Assembly: GCF_006345805.1 (NCBI RefSeq)
Contig: NC_043007.1
Coordinates: 74,090,001-74,154,000 of the forward strand
From: Octopus sinensis
Taxonomy: Eukaryota
Direction: 5' to 3'
DNA: 64,000 nt
Shown here: positions 13,038-28,290 of the stretch, in pieces
Layout of the letters: every line of letters begins with the position of its first letter
Position numbering within the stretch: position 1 is the stretch's first letter
Position numbers and translations under genes: made by a program
Notes under the pieces: generated by a model
Seen by the model: only the letters and a program-made list of their open reading frames with translations
The model's database searches: none
What the model was told of the DNA's origin: nothing

Positions 13038-13265
13038 TATATTGACCCTTTTCTCTACTACACCATCTTCACAAAGCCCAACAAAAGGTTCCGAGTGTAG
13101 ACTCTACATAGCCCAGCTAATCCCATAGCTTTTACACAAACCCCTTTTCTATATTGACCCTTTTCTCTACTACACCATCTTCACAAAGCCCAACAAAAGG
13201 TTCCGAGTGTAGACTCTATTAGCCCAGCTAATCCCTTAGCTTTTACACAAACCCCTTTTCTATAT
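13038..13265. repeat. Tandem duplication, about 112-bp unit
   Basis: tatattgacccttttctctactacacc... starts at 13038 and 13150; few differences. Confidence 0.9.
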
Positions 13266-13710
13266 GGTTACACCTTTATACTGTTCAGAAGTCTGGCTTG
13301 TACCCTTCTTTAATTGTTTCTATTTTTATCGTGTTTTTATTCTTTTCATTTGTTTCAGTCATTAGACTGTGGCCATGCTGGGGCACTGCCTTAAAGAATT
13401 TTTGTCGAATGAATTGACCCCAGTTCTAATTTCCTTTTTAATATTCCAAAGCCTGGTTCTTATTCTATCGGTATTTTTTTCTCGAGCCGTAAAGTAAAAG
13501 GAACCTAAACGCATCAAAATCGATTATGGTGGTAGTTGGGAAAACACAGACACAAAGACACACACACACATATACACACACATTGGCCAAAAGAACCAAA
13601 ACATCCAGCATTCTATTTATATAATTGGCATTCCTCGTACAACAATGCAATGCAGCAAATAATGAGTTCTAATATTGGTACGTAAAACACCCTGTATGTG
13701 TTAGTGTTGT

Positions 13711-14095
13711 GGAGGCGCAATGGCCCAGTGGTTAGGGCAGCGGACTCGCGGTCATAGGATCGCGGTTTCGATTCCCAGACCGGGCGTTGTGAGTGTTTAT
13801 TGAGCGAAAACACCTAAAAGCTCCACGAGGCTCCGGCAGGGGATGGTGGTGATCCCTGCTGTACTCTTTCACCACAACTTTCTCTCACTCCTACTTCCTG
13901 TTTCTGTTGTACCTGTATTTCAAAGGGCCGGCCTTCTCACTCTCTGTGTCACGCTGAATATCCCCGAGAACTACGTTAAGGGTGCACGTGTCTGTGGAGT
14001 GCTCAGCCACTTACACGTTAATTTCACGAGCAGGCTGTTCCGTTGATTCGGATCAACCGGAACCCTCATCGTCGTAACCGACGGAGTGCTTCCAC
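13711..14095 (+). mobile_element. SINE family B (H1+T1) nested in a minus-strand family C copy (about 13345-14232)
   Basis: TSD atgtgttagtgt at 13696-13707 and 14096-14107; family C halves on both sides. Confidence 0.9.
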
Positions 14096-14391
14096 ATGTG
14101 TTAGTGTGTGTACGACGTCTACCAAATCCACTTACAAGTCTTTGATTAGCCCGAAGCTATAGTAGACGACACTTGCCCAATGGGAATGAACCTAGAACCA
14201 TGTGGTTGGGAAACAAGTTTCTTACCACAGCCAATTTTTTCCCATTTTTTTTTCTGTTGACCCTTAGTGAAGCTAACAGACTCCTATGTAAACATTTATT
14301 TAAAGCCACCTCTTTAATTATGATAGATGGTTTTAAATCAAATAATTAATGGTTTATAGGCTTTGTCAGATAATGATTATTATTATTATTA

Positions 14392-14621
14392 TTTCAAATT
14401 TTGGCACAAGGCCAGCAATTTCGTGGGAGGGGATAAGTCGATTACATCGAGCCCAGTGTTCAACTGGTACTTATTTTATCGACCCCGAAAGGATGAAAAA
14501 CAAAATCAACCTCGGCGGAATTTGAACTTAGAACGCAGCGACGGGCGAAATACCGCTAAGCATTTCGCCCGGCGTGCTAACGTTTCTACCAGCTCGCCGC
14601 CTCAATACTACTACTCTACTA

Positions 14622-14693
<72 letters not shown>

Positions 14694-14913
14694 TCTTTCT
14701 ACTAAAGGCACAAGGCCTGACATTTTGGGGGAAGGGGACTAGCCTATTACATCGACTCGACCCTCAGTGTTTCACTGGTATTTGATTTATCGACCCCGAA
14801 AGGATGAAAGGCAAAGTCTACCGCGGGGGAATTTGAACTCAGAACATCAAGGCGGACGAAACACCGCTAAGCATTTCGTCCAGCGTGCTAACGATTCTGC
14901 CATTTCGCCGCCT
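14392..14913 (-). mobile_element. Two family A SINEs with alternative tails, separated by (CTA)n(TAA)n
   Basis: Heads end at about 14602 and 14913; both carry the core motif. Confidence 0.85.
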
Positions 14914-15219
14914 TAACCATAAGCATAATAATAATGATAATAATAATGATGATGATTATGATGATGACGATGATGTTGATGATGATGATGATTAGAATAA
15001 TTGAGAGAAAACGTTTTCTCTTTGTATTTTATCGGAATTTTGACTATAGCAGAAGCGCATAATTGTTCTCTTTCCTGTGTATTTAATGTATCCTTTTGGT
15101 GTTAAAGACTTTTGTCCTTCATTTTGAATCAAGTTCGAAGTTAACTCATCAGTTTGTTCTTTGCATCAGTGAGTCTATTCTTCAAGTCTTTAATGGTTAA
15201 TTCTTGCCGCTGCCTCACT

Positions 15220-16487
<1,268 letters not shown>

Positions 16488-16592
16488 CCTAGTGCAGTTG
16501 TTGTTAGCTGCAGTCATTGTTTAAAGATGTTGTTTCAGCTACTTTCATTGTGACTGATACTAGTAGTTCAGTTTTATATTTATTATTTTATT

Positions 16593-16658
<66 letters not shown>

Positions 16659-17324
16659 TCCTAGCTTCTATTGCTTGCTTTTGTCGTTGCTTGTTGCCAT
16701 TAATGATATTGAAAATTATATTGATTTTGATAGGACAAATGGTAGCCAACCTCCTATTCTCCTTTTTTTTTTTATTTCACAGACTCCTCATTCTACTACG
16801 CTCCTTTGTTTAAAGGTAGACAGAGAAGGCTTTGGTTGCTGTTAGTAACGCACACAGTTGTTGTTTGAAGCTGTCATCCATCTCGTATCCGTCTAAGTGG
16901 GAAGTTTAAACGAAAGACTGTCAGTTATAGACAGCTTATCTGTCGCTGTCGTTATATTTTTCTCACCTTATCACTTATGAAATAGGTGTTGTTGTTTTTC
17001 TAAACGGTAGTAAGCTTTTGTTGTTGATGACAAAAAGGATTGCACTTAATAACCATTTATAACGGAATTAGTTTATGCTGCGTATACTACTTTCGTACTC
17101 CACTCCAGAATACCACGCCCTAGCAAAATACTGATCGCTATGTGATGTATTACTCTTCGACCCAGGGGTCCCAGGGTTGCAATGAAATAATTTCAAGACT
17201 GGGACTCTACTGGTACTTAGTCGGTTACGACGACGAGGGTTCCAATTGATCCGATCAACGGAACAGCCCCCTGCACCTGAGATTAACTGAGCAGAAGAAC
17301 AAAAAAAAAAGGAAAGAAAACCGA

Positions 17325-17745
17325 GGCGCAGGAGTGGCTGTGTGGTAAGTAGCTTGCTTACCAACCACATGGTTCTGGGTTCAGTCCCACTGCGTGGCAC
17401 CTTCGGCAAGTGTCTTCTGCTATAGCCTTGGGCCGACCAAAGCCTTGTGAGTGGATTTGGTAGACGGAAACTGAAAGAAGCCCGTCGTATATATGTATAT
17501 TTATATATATATGTTTGTGTGTATGTGTGTGTATGTGTGTGTGTCTGTGTTGTCTCCCAACATCGCTTGACAACCGATGCTTGTGTGTTTACGTCCCAGT
17601 AACTTAGCGGTTCGGCAAAAGAGACTACCGATAGAATAACTACTAGGCTTACAAAGAATAAGTCCTGGGGTCGATTTGGTCGACTAAAGGCGGTGCTCCA
17701 GCATGGCCGCAGTCAAATGACTGAAACAAGTAAAAGAGTAAAAGA
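17325..17745 (+). mobile_element. SINE family C, full copy
   Basis: Head ggcgcaggagtggctgtgtggtaag; B-box gggttcagtccc; CORE-like block; internal (TA/TG)n; tail gtaaaagagtaaaagag. Confidence 0.9.
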
Positions 17746-17939
17746 GAGAGAGAGAGAAAGAATGAAGGACAAGTGAGACGGTTGTTTGTTCAGTTTGGGT
17801 TGTTTGATTTTCAAGGGAAAGGTCGTGTAAATAAGTATTGAGTAAGGGGAAAGGATGAAATGTGATTAAAGGAAATCTACAAAAATAAAAAGGTGTAAAA
17901 GAAGCAGTGTAACTTGTTGGTGATTTGGTTTAGTTTAAA

Positions 17940-18244
17940 CGAGCAGTATCGCCCTTCGTTGCTCAGGTTTGTAAGGGAAATAACTATATAAGCATTTTTA
18001 GAGTTACTTCCTTTATATAACCCGAGCAAAAATCATTAAAAATGCGGAAAAATGATGGTAATTTTTTTTTTAAATCGTAGACTCATCGTAGACGCGCGCT
18101 AATACCCAGAAGAGCTTGATATGAATGACGACTATAAGATACCCGCTTTTGGTTAAACTGCACCGCAAAATGTGGGAGTAGTTAGGAATCTAAATCGGAG
18201 GAGACAGAGTCTCACACACACAACTTCAATTTTATATATAAAGA
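17940..18244 (-). mobile_element. Non-autonomous Helitron-like element
   Basis: Close paralog of 33221-33509; 5' TC; 3' hairpin with mutated CTAG. Confidence 0.75.
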
Positions 18245-18280
18245 TGTCTCCTACATTTGAACAAGAATGGAGCCACTTTT

Positions 18281-18356
<76 letters not shown>

Positions 18357-20779
18357 GAATCTCAGATCGGGCGATGTATGTGTTTATGAGCGAAACACCT
18401 AAGCTCCGCGCGGTTCCGGCAGAAGGTAATGGCGAAATTCTGTTGATTCTTTCGCCACAACTTTCTCTCACTCTTTCCTCCTGCATCTAGCAGCTCACCT
18501 GCGACGGACCGGCGTCTGCAATCATAAAAGAAAAATGTTTTGAAAAGTTTTGAAAAGTTTAAGCCGGCAGACATAGACTCGGGAATAGGAGGTACAGGGG
18601 GAGCTAGCGCACCCACTAAAATTTTTTGGTGATGGTGGTGGTGGTATTGGTGGTGGGGCAATGAAAACGCTTTGAACATTCTCCCGAAAAACTTCATCGC
18701 CAAAACGAGCGAGCGTAGAAACATTTTTGGATTGATATGAAAATTTTTTCCATTATTGGAGTTATGATTTGATTGATGCACAATATGATAGTTAATATTA
18801 ATTATTATACCTGTGTTTGTTTTGATAGGATTGAAAAAAATCGACCTTGTTTGTAAAAAAATATTGGACCTGGGTTTGTACCCCCAAAGCAAATTTCGTT
18901 CTCGCATCCATGCTGCAGAACGTGATTAAATTTCACTTTTTATTAATGAGAATATCTTTTGTCACATAAATCTAGGGATTCTCTGCTGCATCTCGTTTTT
19001 ATTTACACAGTTTGAGGCCATCTATATAAGAAGGAGGCTTATTTTTATCCTGATTTTGAGAAAGTCTTATGCAAGGCTGAGTTTTCTCAGTATCTTTGTG
19101 AGATAGATTAACGCAAAGACAAAACGAAATGGAGACAGCGACTCTCTGAAATATCCCTGAGTGTATTTTCATGTTTCATAAAGATTCATTTGTGCATATG
19201 TTCGTTCTACATCTCATGACATCACTGCATTTTCTAAAAGCAAAAAGGAACGGTTTATCTTCTCTTCTCCACATTGATACCGAACGTCCTCAGGCTCTCG
19301 AAGAGCCAGCAACGTTTAACATTAACTAAAACTTTCTTGTTATCTATGCAACCAACAGATAAGTTCTTTCTTATTCGTGCCTTAATTAGTATCACACTAA
19401 CAATACATAACAAATCAGCAGTTCCTCTTCATTTCTTTCTGCATTCCTTTTGTTCCTCTGTTTGATAATTTATCCCGCTCCAGGATGCTATGCACTTTAT
19501 CTGCCATGAGGCCAGTTAATACTTTCCAGAGTCAAAAGCTTGTAATAAGTCTATAATTACAGACTGTGAATGTATGTATGTGATTTTGTGTGTGTGTTTT
19601 ATGTATTTTTATATATAAAACTGAAAACCGAAAAATAAAACCAGTATTTGTGCCAAAATTATTCAACAAGAAATGTCATAATTCTGCATAAAGATCTTAT
19701 TTTAAACACGACGCTTATGTTATTTGTTATAAATACACACAGCTCATTTTTAAATTCTTTAATCACTACTTATTATTATTAAAAATGGATATAGCTCAAA
19801 GGCATCCCTGTGGCAACATTCCACTCTTTGCATATGGCCTTGAGGTTAATCCTTTGTGCAGGTCGGTCGGCAAAAAAGTTGACGTATGAGTCCATCATAA
19901 ACACACACACACACATACATTATACAACGATAGAAAGACAGAAACAGAGAGAGGGAGAGAGAGATGTATGTATATATCGTGATCACGTGATCGCATGATC
20001 TTCCGGAATATCGGACGTTGTTATACATCACTGGCCACAATGCGCTTTGCATCATTTTAACTTTCGGTTGATGCTAACCCTATTGGCTAGGCCAGCAGTT
20101 TAACATTCTCCCTGATCGGAAGACTAGTCTGTCGCAGAGTTACCCATTTACAGTTGATTGCAGTGGGGCAACGTAAAATGAAGTATTTTGTTCATGAACA
20201 CAACGTGCTGTCCGGTCCGGGTATGGAACCCACGATCTAACGAACGTGAGTGCAGCGCCCTAACCACTAGACCACGCACCTTCGCAAACACACACACACA
20301 CGTACACATACACACTTATGCAGTCGCAGGAGTGGCTATGTGGTAAAAAGTCGTCTTCCTAATTACATGGTTCAGTCTCATTACGTGGCACCTTGGGCAA
20401 GTATCTTCTATAGCCCTAGGCCGGCCAAAGACGCGTGAATGAATTTGGTATACGGAAACTGAAAACTGTAAATTTGAGGTCACTGACCAATCGACAGGCT
20501 GGTACATTTAAACTAAGAGTCGTACATACATGTGTCGTTGTGTTTGTACTTCTGCCACTATTTCACAACCGCTGCTGGGTTGTTTTCGTCCCCATAACTT
20601 AGCGAATCGGTATAAGACACAAATAGAATAAGTATCAGACTTTTAAAAAAGTACTGGAGTGGATTCGCTCGACTAAAACCTTTCGCGGTGGTGCACCAAC
20701 ATGGTCGCAGTCCAATGAGTAAAATAAGTATAAGATAAAACACATATATATATACACATACGCATAATGTATATGAAAT

Positions 20780-20877
20780 TTATGTATGTATGTATATATA
20801 TATGTATGTATGAATGTATGTATGTATGAATGTATATATATATGTGTATATATATATATATATATATGTATATATAG

Positions 20878-20910
<33 letters not shown>

Positions 20911-20920
20911 GTATTATATA

Positions 20921-20962
<42 letters not shown>

Positions 20963-20966
20963 TATG

Positions 20967-21011
<45 letters not shown>

Positions 21012-21342
21012 ATGTATATATATATATATATATCCGTGGATAACCTTTTAAAAATGTTGATAGATTGCGGTTAATTCATTCTCTCTTACCTGTTTGTGTC
21101 AGCCTTCCAATTGCTGTTTTTACTGAGATCTCCCTTTTAGTAGAAGAAATAGCTATAACCTTTTGACTGCTATTTCTAAATCGGTATTGTGGTAATGTGG
21201 TAAGGCGTTCGGGCTGAACCCTTATTGCTTAGTATATAATATTATATATATTATATATATATATATGTATGTATATATATTATATGTATGTATATATTAT
21301 ATATATATAATATATGTATGTTATATATTATATATTAGTATG

Positions 21343-21383
<41 letters not shown>

Positions 21384-21399
21384 ATATATATATATATAG

Positions 21400-21455
<56 letters not shown>
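20780..21455. repeat. Two long (TA)n/(TATG)n tracts
   Basis: Directly visible. Confidence 0.9.
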
Positions 21456-21459
<4 letters not shown>

Positions 21460-21496
21460 AGCTTAGAGAAGAAGAAGAAACCAAACGAAACCAAAC

Positions 21497-22510
21497 GAAT
21501 CGAAATATTTGGGCTCAACGTAGCCAACGAATATCTTCGCATATTTGGAGCTCTTTCTCGTTCCCATGGTTATTCCCTAGAATTGTTGGTAAAACTCCCC
21601 CGCGAACGGGAAGCAGCTGAAGGAGGGTACAAGTTCGATCAGACGAAAAAGCGTGGATGTGTCAGGTTGGGGGCTTGGTCGAAGGTCTGGGAAGTGTTTG
21701 AGGGCAAGAAGTCATTCGTTGTGTGGGATCACCGTATATAGACTCTTGATATCACGAATGAAGAGGAGTTTAGAGGTGTCAGAAGGGAAGAGTATGGATA
21801 CTGTTGTGGATATATGAGGGGGGGCAGCCACTATGGGAGTAAGGACACGATCGAGGTATTTCGAGATCAGTCCCTGGGGCAGTTACAGGCGGAGACGATG
21901 AGGCGGCCAGAGTTGTTGGGCTTGTAGATTTGGGGAAGGGAGTAAATGGTGCGGGTGCGTGGAGTGCAGACAATGAGGTTGGGAGCAGTGGGAGGGCGAC
22001 GGGAAGAGGAAATGAGGTCATGGATAGTGGAGGACACAGTCTGTTGATAGCTAGGCGTGGTGTAGGAGGGCAAAGGGTAATAGAAGGAGGTGTCTTGAAG
22101 TTAACAGAGAGCTTCAGCCTTGTAGAGGTCTGCGCGTCACACCACCACGGCTCCATCCTCGTTGGCTGATTTTATGATAATGTCTTTGCGGCGTCGGAAA
22201 CATCGAAGGGCCGAGAGTTCGGCTGGGGAGATGTTCAGATGTCGGGGACGCCTGCGAAAGTTAAACCGGTCCACAAGACGTTGGCAGATGCCTGCAAAAT
22301 AATCGACTGCTTGGAACTGACCAGAGGCTGGCGTCCAGTGGGATGGTCGGCGGCCCAGGTCGGTGAAGCAGTCCTCTTCGTTAGATGCAGGTGGAGTGTT
22401 GTGGAATAGTGCATATAGCCTGACACGGCGCACAAAGTTATGAATATCAGCACGGGTCTGAAATTCGTTACTGGATGGAGTGAGGGGGGGTGAAGCGCAA
22501 ACCCTTTTAT
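21497..22510 (-). pseudogene. Penelope-like element reverse transcriptase, frameshifted relic
   Basis: NISPAELSALR...KDIIIKSANEDGAVVV (cf. IKPADKGGAVVV); PRTRTIYSLPQIYKPNNSGRLIVSACNCP (cf. FYLLPKIHK...RPIVS); DIKSLYTVIPH; EFYQQ..GITMGT. Confidence 0.9.
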
Positions 22511-22569
22511 AACGTAAAGATTTGGATTCCAGGCAGGTAACTTAGTACTCTGATATAATTCAGATTTAT

Positions 22570-23056
22570 AATGTTATCATCAGTCCGAATATGCTTAGGG
22601 CGCGTTCGAACCGGTGAACAAGCTACTCGCTGTGTTTTGTCCTGGAAAATATATCCCGTTTGTTGACAAATGGTGTTTATATACCTAGATCAGCTCGTAG
22701 CTCCACCTACCCAGATTGTGAAATGCTAGCATTTTGTAGTAGTTATCTCCTCTTCGGTAACAGACATCAGGCAGGCGGCACTATGAGCTGACTGAAGAGG
22801 GTGACTATCTTATGCTATACGGCAGCTCGTGCCAAACGGCAACCCCCTTATGCTATACGTCGGCTCGTAACGAAGAGGATATAGCTACTCCGAAATACTA
22901 GCATCTCACAGTCTGGGAAACTGACGCTGTGAGTTCATCTAGGTGTATACACACCATTTGTCAACAAACGGGATGTATTTTCTGTGATAAAACGCAGTGA
23001 GTAGCTAGTTCTCCAGTTTGAAAGCGCCTCAAGATATTCAAACTGATAATATTACA
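22570..23056. mobile_element. Old fold-back element/MITE with about 190-bp imperfect inverted arms
   Basis: atcccgtttgttgacaaatggtgt (about 22653) is the inverse of acaccatttgtcaacaaacgggat (about 22951); similarity extends along both arms. Confidence 0.8.
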
Positions 23057-23781
23057 GTTTTACTTATTACTGTTTAGCGCGATCCTCACCACCATTATAA
23101 TTTAGATTTAGGTAACCACAGAAACACTTGTCGGATTGGAACTTAATGAGAATAATACTGTACTAAACAAATTTTGAAGACGTATAGCACTCCCTCCTCC
23201 TTGAGACATACACAAATACATACACACATGCACGCGCTCGTACGTATGCACGCTCGCGCACACATCTGTTTTTTATTAACCGAATTCTTCCTCTGAGGAA
23301 GGAGCTGGTTTCTAACAAAGATACGAAACTCTATCGCTGGAATGTAGATAACTAAAACAATGTCGCATATAAAACTTGAGGAAAGTCTTGCATATGTTTA
23401 CTGTTCCACTTACAAACTGTATTTGTAATGTATGTATGTGTTTGCATGTGTCTGTGTGTGTATATGTGTGTGTGTGTATGTGTGTGTGTATGCACGTATG
23501 TATGAATTAATGAATGTATGTATGTATGTATGAATGTATGTATGTATACATGATTGAATGCATGTATGTATGTGTGTGTATGTTGTGTGTATTTGTGTGT
23601 ATGCACGTATGTATGAATTAATGAATGTATGTATGTATATATGTATGTATGAATGTATGTATGTATACATGATTGAATGCATGTATGTATATATGAATTA
23701 ATAAATGCATGTATTCACGTGCGTACGCTCGCACGCACACGTATGTACGTCTGTATGTATGTTTCTATGTATGTATGTATG

Positions 23782-23812
<31 letters not shown>

Positions 23813-24404
23813 GTATGTATGCATGTACAAATCAGGGGGTTTCACACAGTTTCTACCCATCAAATTTATTCACAAAGCATGTCTGAACTCGAGGATGTAG
23901 TAGAAGACACTTGCCCAAGACGCTGTGCGGTGAGACTGAACCCGAAACCCCGTGACCTATTTCAGAAATATATGTTAGTAAAAGCGTCAAAACAGAAAAG
24001 TTACCTGTGCTTGTTTGATGCGAAAGAGAGACGAAAACTGAATATAATTTAAGAAAATTCCACTTCACCCCCACCTCGCCTCAAATCGTAAGAATTTCCC
24101 CCAAGAAATATATAAACATGAAAGTTATGCAAGTGCGACTCCCATTGATTGTGCTAATATATATCGTTAAACGCATACATAATTTATGTGATAATTATTT
24201 CGTTTAATGCAAGTGCAATAAATAAATTATGATAGAATAAGAACTAGGACGAGAGAGTCGAGAGAAGAGAGATAGAAAGGGAAAGAATATAATGGGATAG
24301 ACAGTGTGATCGAAGCGAGAAAGTGGTAGAGAAGGGAATAATAGGAAAGAGTGGTGGCAGTAGCATTTTTTCTTGTGTGTGAGTACGCGTTTGTTTCTAA
24401 TACA

Positions 24405-24412
24405 TGAGAGAC

Positions 24413-24460
<48 letters not shown>

Positions 24461-24571
24461 CGAGCGAGAGAGAGGGAGAGAGAGAGAGAGAGAGAGAAGA
24501 GAAAGAGGAGAGAAAGAGAGAGAGAAAGAGGAGAAAGAGAAAGAAGAAAGAGGAGAGAAGAGAAGAGAGAA

Positions 24572-24615
<44 letters not shown>

Positions 24616-24755
24616 AGCGAGCGAGAGAGAGAGAGAGAAAGTGAGAGAGAGAAAGAGAAAGAGAGAGAGAAAGAGAGGGAGAGAGACAGACAGACAGAGA
24701 CAGAGAGACAGACAGAGACAGAGAGAGAGAGACAGACAGAGACAGAGACAGAGAA

Positions 24756-24787
<32 letters not shown>

Positions 24788-24860
24788 GACAGACAGACAG
24801 ACAGAGAGAGACATACAGACAGAGAAAGAGAGAGACAGAGACAAAGACAGTCAGACTGAC
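24405..24860. repeat. Polypurine (GA)n/(GACA)n tract
   Basis: Directly visible; the RE/SL ORFs are artefacts. Confidence 0.95.
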
Positions 24861-25359
24861 AGTGAGAGTGTGGATGGGTGTGTTTTGTATGTGTGTAACA
24901 GTAACAGAGATGGACGATAGTGAGAGATAATAATAGATGTCACAAGAGGATGAGCAATTGCGAGATAGCACGACAGATGTCAATAAATAGTAGCTTGTGG
25001 AGGGAGAGGGAGTAATGACCGGCAGTGATAGCAGATGAGTAATGGTAGGATATATCGAATATAAACAGGTCCGATCTAATCCCTAGTCACATGACGATCG
25101 TGAAGGGAGGAGGTAGAGTGATAAGAATGGTGGCAGGAGTATTGAATGCGGAGAGATCCAGATCTCTGTTTACTTCCTGTAGCCATCTTTAAATTTCTTC
25201 ACTTATTTACTACTTCCGCTTCGTAAAAACCACACTCGCGAATATTTAGGTTTGAGTTATTGCAGGAATTTCGGAATAAGCATTCCCAAACCGTGCAGTA
25301 GTAGTTTTCTGAAAGCTTTCCGTTGTTCGGTTTTAAACAATCAGGATTCGCAACGTGAT

Positions 25360-25635
25360 GCGAATCGTGGTTTCGATTCCCAGACCAGGCGTTGTGTGTG
25401 TTTATTGAGCGAAAATACCTAAAAGCTCTACGAATCTCCGGCAGGGGGTGCTGGCGACCCCTGTTGTACTCTTTCGCCCCAAGTTTCTCTCACTCTTTCT
25501 TCCTGTTTCTTGAGTAACGCTGCGATGGACTGGCATCCCGTCCAGCTGAGGGGGAACGCATACGCCACAGAAACTGGGAAACCGGGCCCATGAGCCTGGC
25601 TAGGCTTGAAAAGGGCTCATAAATAAATAAATAAA
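25360..25635 (+). mobile_element. SINE family B variant (head H1 + tail T2), 5'-degraded
   Basis: H1 body gtttattgagcgaaaa joined to gcgatggactggc...gggccccatgagcctggctaggctt and (aaat)n. Confidence 0.8.
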
Positions 25636-26822
25636 TATTTGTTTTGAAGGTCCCTGACCTTTTGATTAGGAAGCCACTCGTGCAGTCTTGGTTTCGATTC
25701 TCGGACCGGGCAGTGTGTTATGTTCTCCAACAATATACTTCATTTCACGTTGTTTCACCCTACTCAGTTGTAAATCGGTTTCAAATTTTGACACAAAGCC
25801 AGTAAGCTTTGGGAAGTGGGTAAATCGATTACATCGATCCCATTTATCAACTGGATCTTATTGTATCTGCCTCGAAAGGATGAAAGACAAAGTCGACCTC
25901 GGCAGAATTTGAACTCAGAACATGAAGACGGATGGAATACTGCTAAACATTTTACCAGCTCGCCGCATTTCTACTTATCCGTAAATTAGTAACCATGGAG
26001 TCTCGTTCAGGAGAGAACGCTGGGATCTCGGTCACTTAAGCGCAATGAAATCGGATGATCAGCGCTATGAGTTCTTGGACTTAATACACTCCAAGGTTTG
26101 CCGTATTTGTGTTGTTCTTGTTTAATATGGAAGTGTGTGATTGTATCAAATCGCTTCATTGTTATCATCCGGTATCACTGCATGTTCGCGGGGAGTTAGC
26201 TAAGTACGTCCTGCGTCAACTCTAGTCAATTGATTTGCGTTCATCAGAGCGTCAGTTGCAGATAAAACTCTGTAACCTCTCTTCAAAGCAGTGTCCCAGT
26301 ATGGCCGCAGTCTAATGACTGTAACAAGTAAAAGATAAAAGATGCTACAGTGACCAGGTCAGAGATCATGATTTCTCGACATTGTCAACTTTTACTTTGA
26401 TAACGTGAGATGGTAAATCTTGGTGTTGAAGGAATTAAATTATGGTGAGTATAGAACTTCTTGGACCTTTTTGGCAACAGTGACAACACGTTTGACAATA
26501 ATAATCTCTCCTGAAAGTTTTCCTGCTTAGTTTTCGCTGTCAAGTTTGTAAACTTCTTCAGATTTTAAAAATTAAAAAAGATCGCGATGATATCCATGGA
26601 AAACAGTTAAACTTCGTCTGTAAAGTTTTGTCTATATGGGAAATCTTCTTCGCTATTTGTATAAACATGGGAAGGAATTTCAGTGGCATCAGCATTTATG
26701 GTAGTAAGAGCGGTAAGAATTCTGCTGTCACATAGTTGCACCACCGAATCAATATAACACACTGTTGAACTCAAGACATGATACTGTTGGTTTAGAGACA
26801 ATTTAGAACTCTTATTCTATAT

Positions 26823-27047
26823 ATTTCTTTATTGCCCACAAGGGGCTAAACATAGAGGGGACAAACAAAGACAGACAAAGGGATTAAGTCAACTACATCG
26901 ACCCCAGTGCGCAACTGGTACTTTATTTATCGACCCCGAAAGGATGAAGGGCAAAGTCGACCTCGGCGGTGTTTGAACCCAGAACGTAACGACAGACGAA
27001 ATACTGCTGAGCATTTCGCCCGGCGTGCTAACGATTCTGCCAGCTCG
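26823..27047 (-). mobile_element. SINE family A
   Basis: Head, core and tail match 1570-1800. Confidence 0.88.
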
Positions 27048-27831
27048 ATCGCCGGTGGAGATGAATCGATACTATCTCTAGCAGTCGTGGGTCCATAATT
27101 GACAAGCCCAAGGAAGGTTGAAATCAAGTGATGTGGTGGTCTCGGCGCTAGAGGTGGCGGGGATTTATCTCTCTGCTAGCAATATAAACAAGCGTGCATT
27201 TTGCATCAAAAACCAATCTGAGATTTTCTCTCATGGTAACTACCGTAGTATAGATTGTTCTAACAAAACACTCACTTTTGAGTGGGGATAAATATTACCC
27301 CTTATAGTAGTGTTAAGACGGAAAGTCTTACAAGTTCTCCAAGTGCAAGTTGTTTTCAAACATGTGCTTATAACTCAATACCGTCATGTTCGTATTACGG
27401 AAAAAGTCTGCTGGAAATAATTTCGATAAGAGGCACTTTCTGATTAAATGATGACTTGTTTATTCATCACATTTGTCAGGGTTCAATCCTGTGAGTTAAA
27501 ATATGAAAGTGACTCGTAGGTGATTCATTCCAAATGTTATGTAACATTAAGGAGAGATAATTTACAAGTTAAGCCTGAAATTGCAAATATCGGTAACTTG
27601 ATTCTTGAATACGCAGAGCGGCCTTGCTTCAATAATGTTACGGTAATGCCAGATGAGACTGTAGCAAAAACTGTGTGGTCGTTCTTATGTATATACAAGA
27701 ATTCCTGTAGCAAATATGCTTTACCTGTATCACCTGCGATGTCAATGAATTATTTATCCATGACAACAAGGTGTTGGTGAGTTTACGTCCCCGTAACATA
27801 GCGGTTTGGCCAAACACAAAAAATAAGTACT

Positions 27832-28290
27832 TGATCTTTTCCCTTTGAACGGCAGATCGAGAAATTAAGTTTTTGGTAACTAAACACCTTCAAACTTCGG
27901 ACTCTGGTAGAATGTGTCATATAAAACATATTTTACTGTTAGCGATTTTGAGAAAAGTCTCTATTTACGAAGTTATTTCGTGTTAAAGTTGTCGTATTTC
28001 GGTAATTTCAACCAATCAATGACGTGTATTCAGCTGAATAAAATTACCGCTGTTGTTTGTCAACAACAACTTCCGGCGGTGTATATTTCGTTGTCACTGT
28101 TATTCATGACATCGTTCGTGCGTTTGTACGACAATTTTAACACGAAATAACTTTGAAAATATAAACTTTTCTCAACATTACTAAGAGTAAAAGATGTTTT
28201 ATATGACACATTCTACCAGTGTCCGAAGTTTGAAAGTGTTTAGTTACAAAAAATTAATTTCTCGACCTGCCGTTCAAAGGGTAAAGATCC
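27832..28290. mobile_element. MITE with long TIRs and 8-bp TSD (Merlin-like), inserted in a family C SINE
   Basis: TIR (g/t)gatctttwccctttgaacggcag extending about 100 bp; TSD taagtact at 27824-27831 and 28291-28298. Confidence 0.85.

Noticed and set aside
19975-19998. Palindrome gatcacgtgatc (E-box)
   Set aside because: A 12-bp palindrome is expected by chance in 64 kb; no supporting context.
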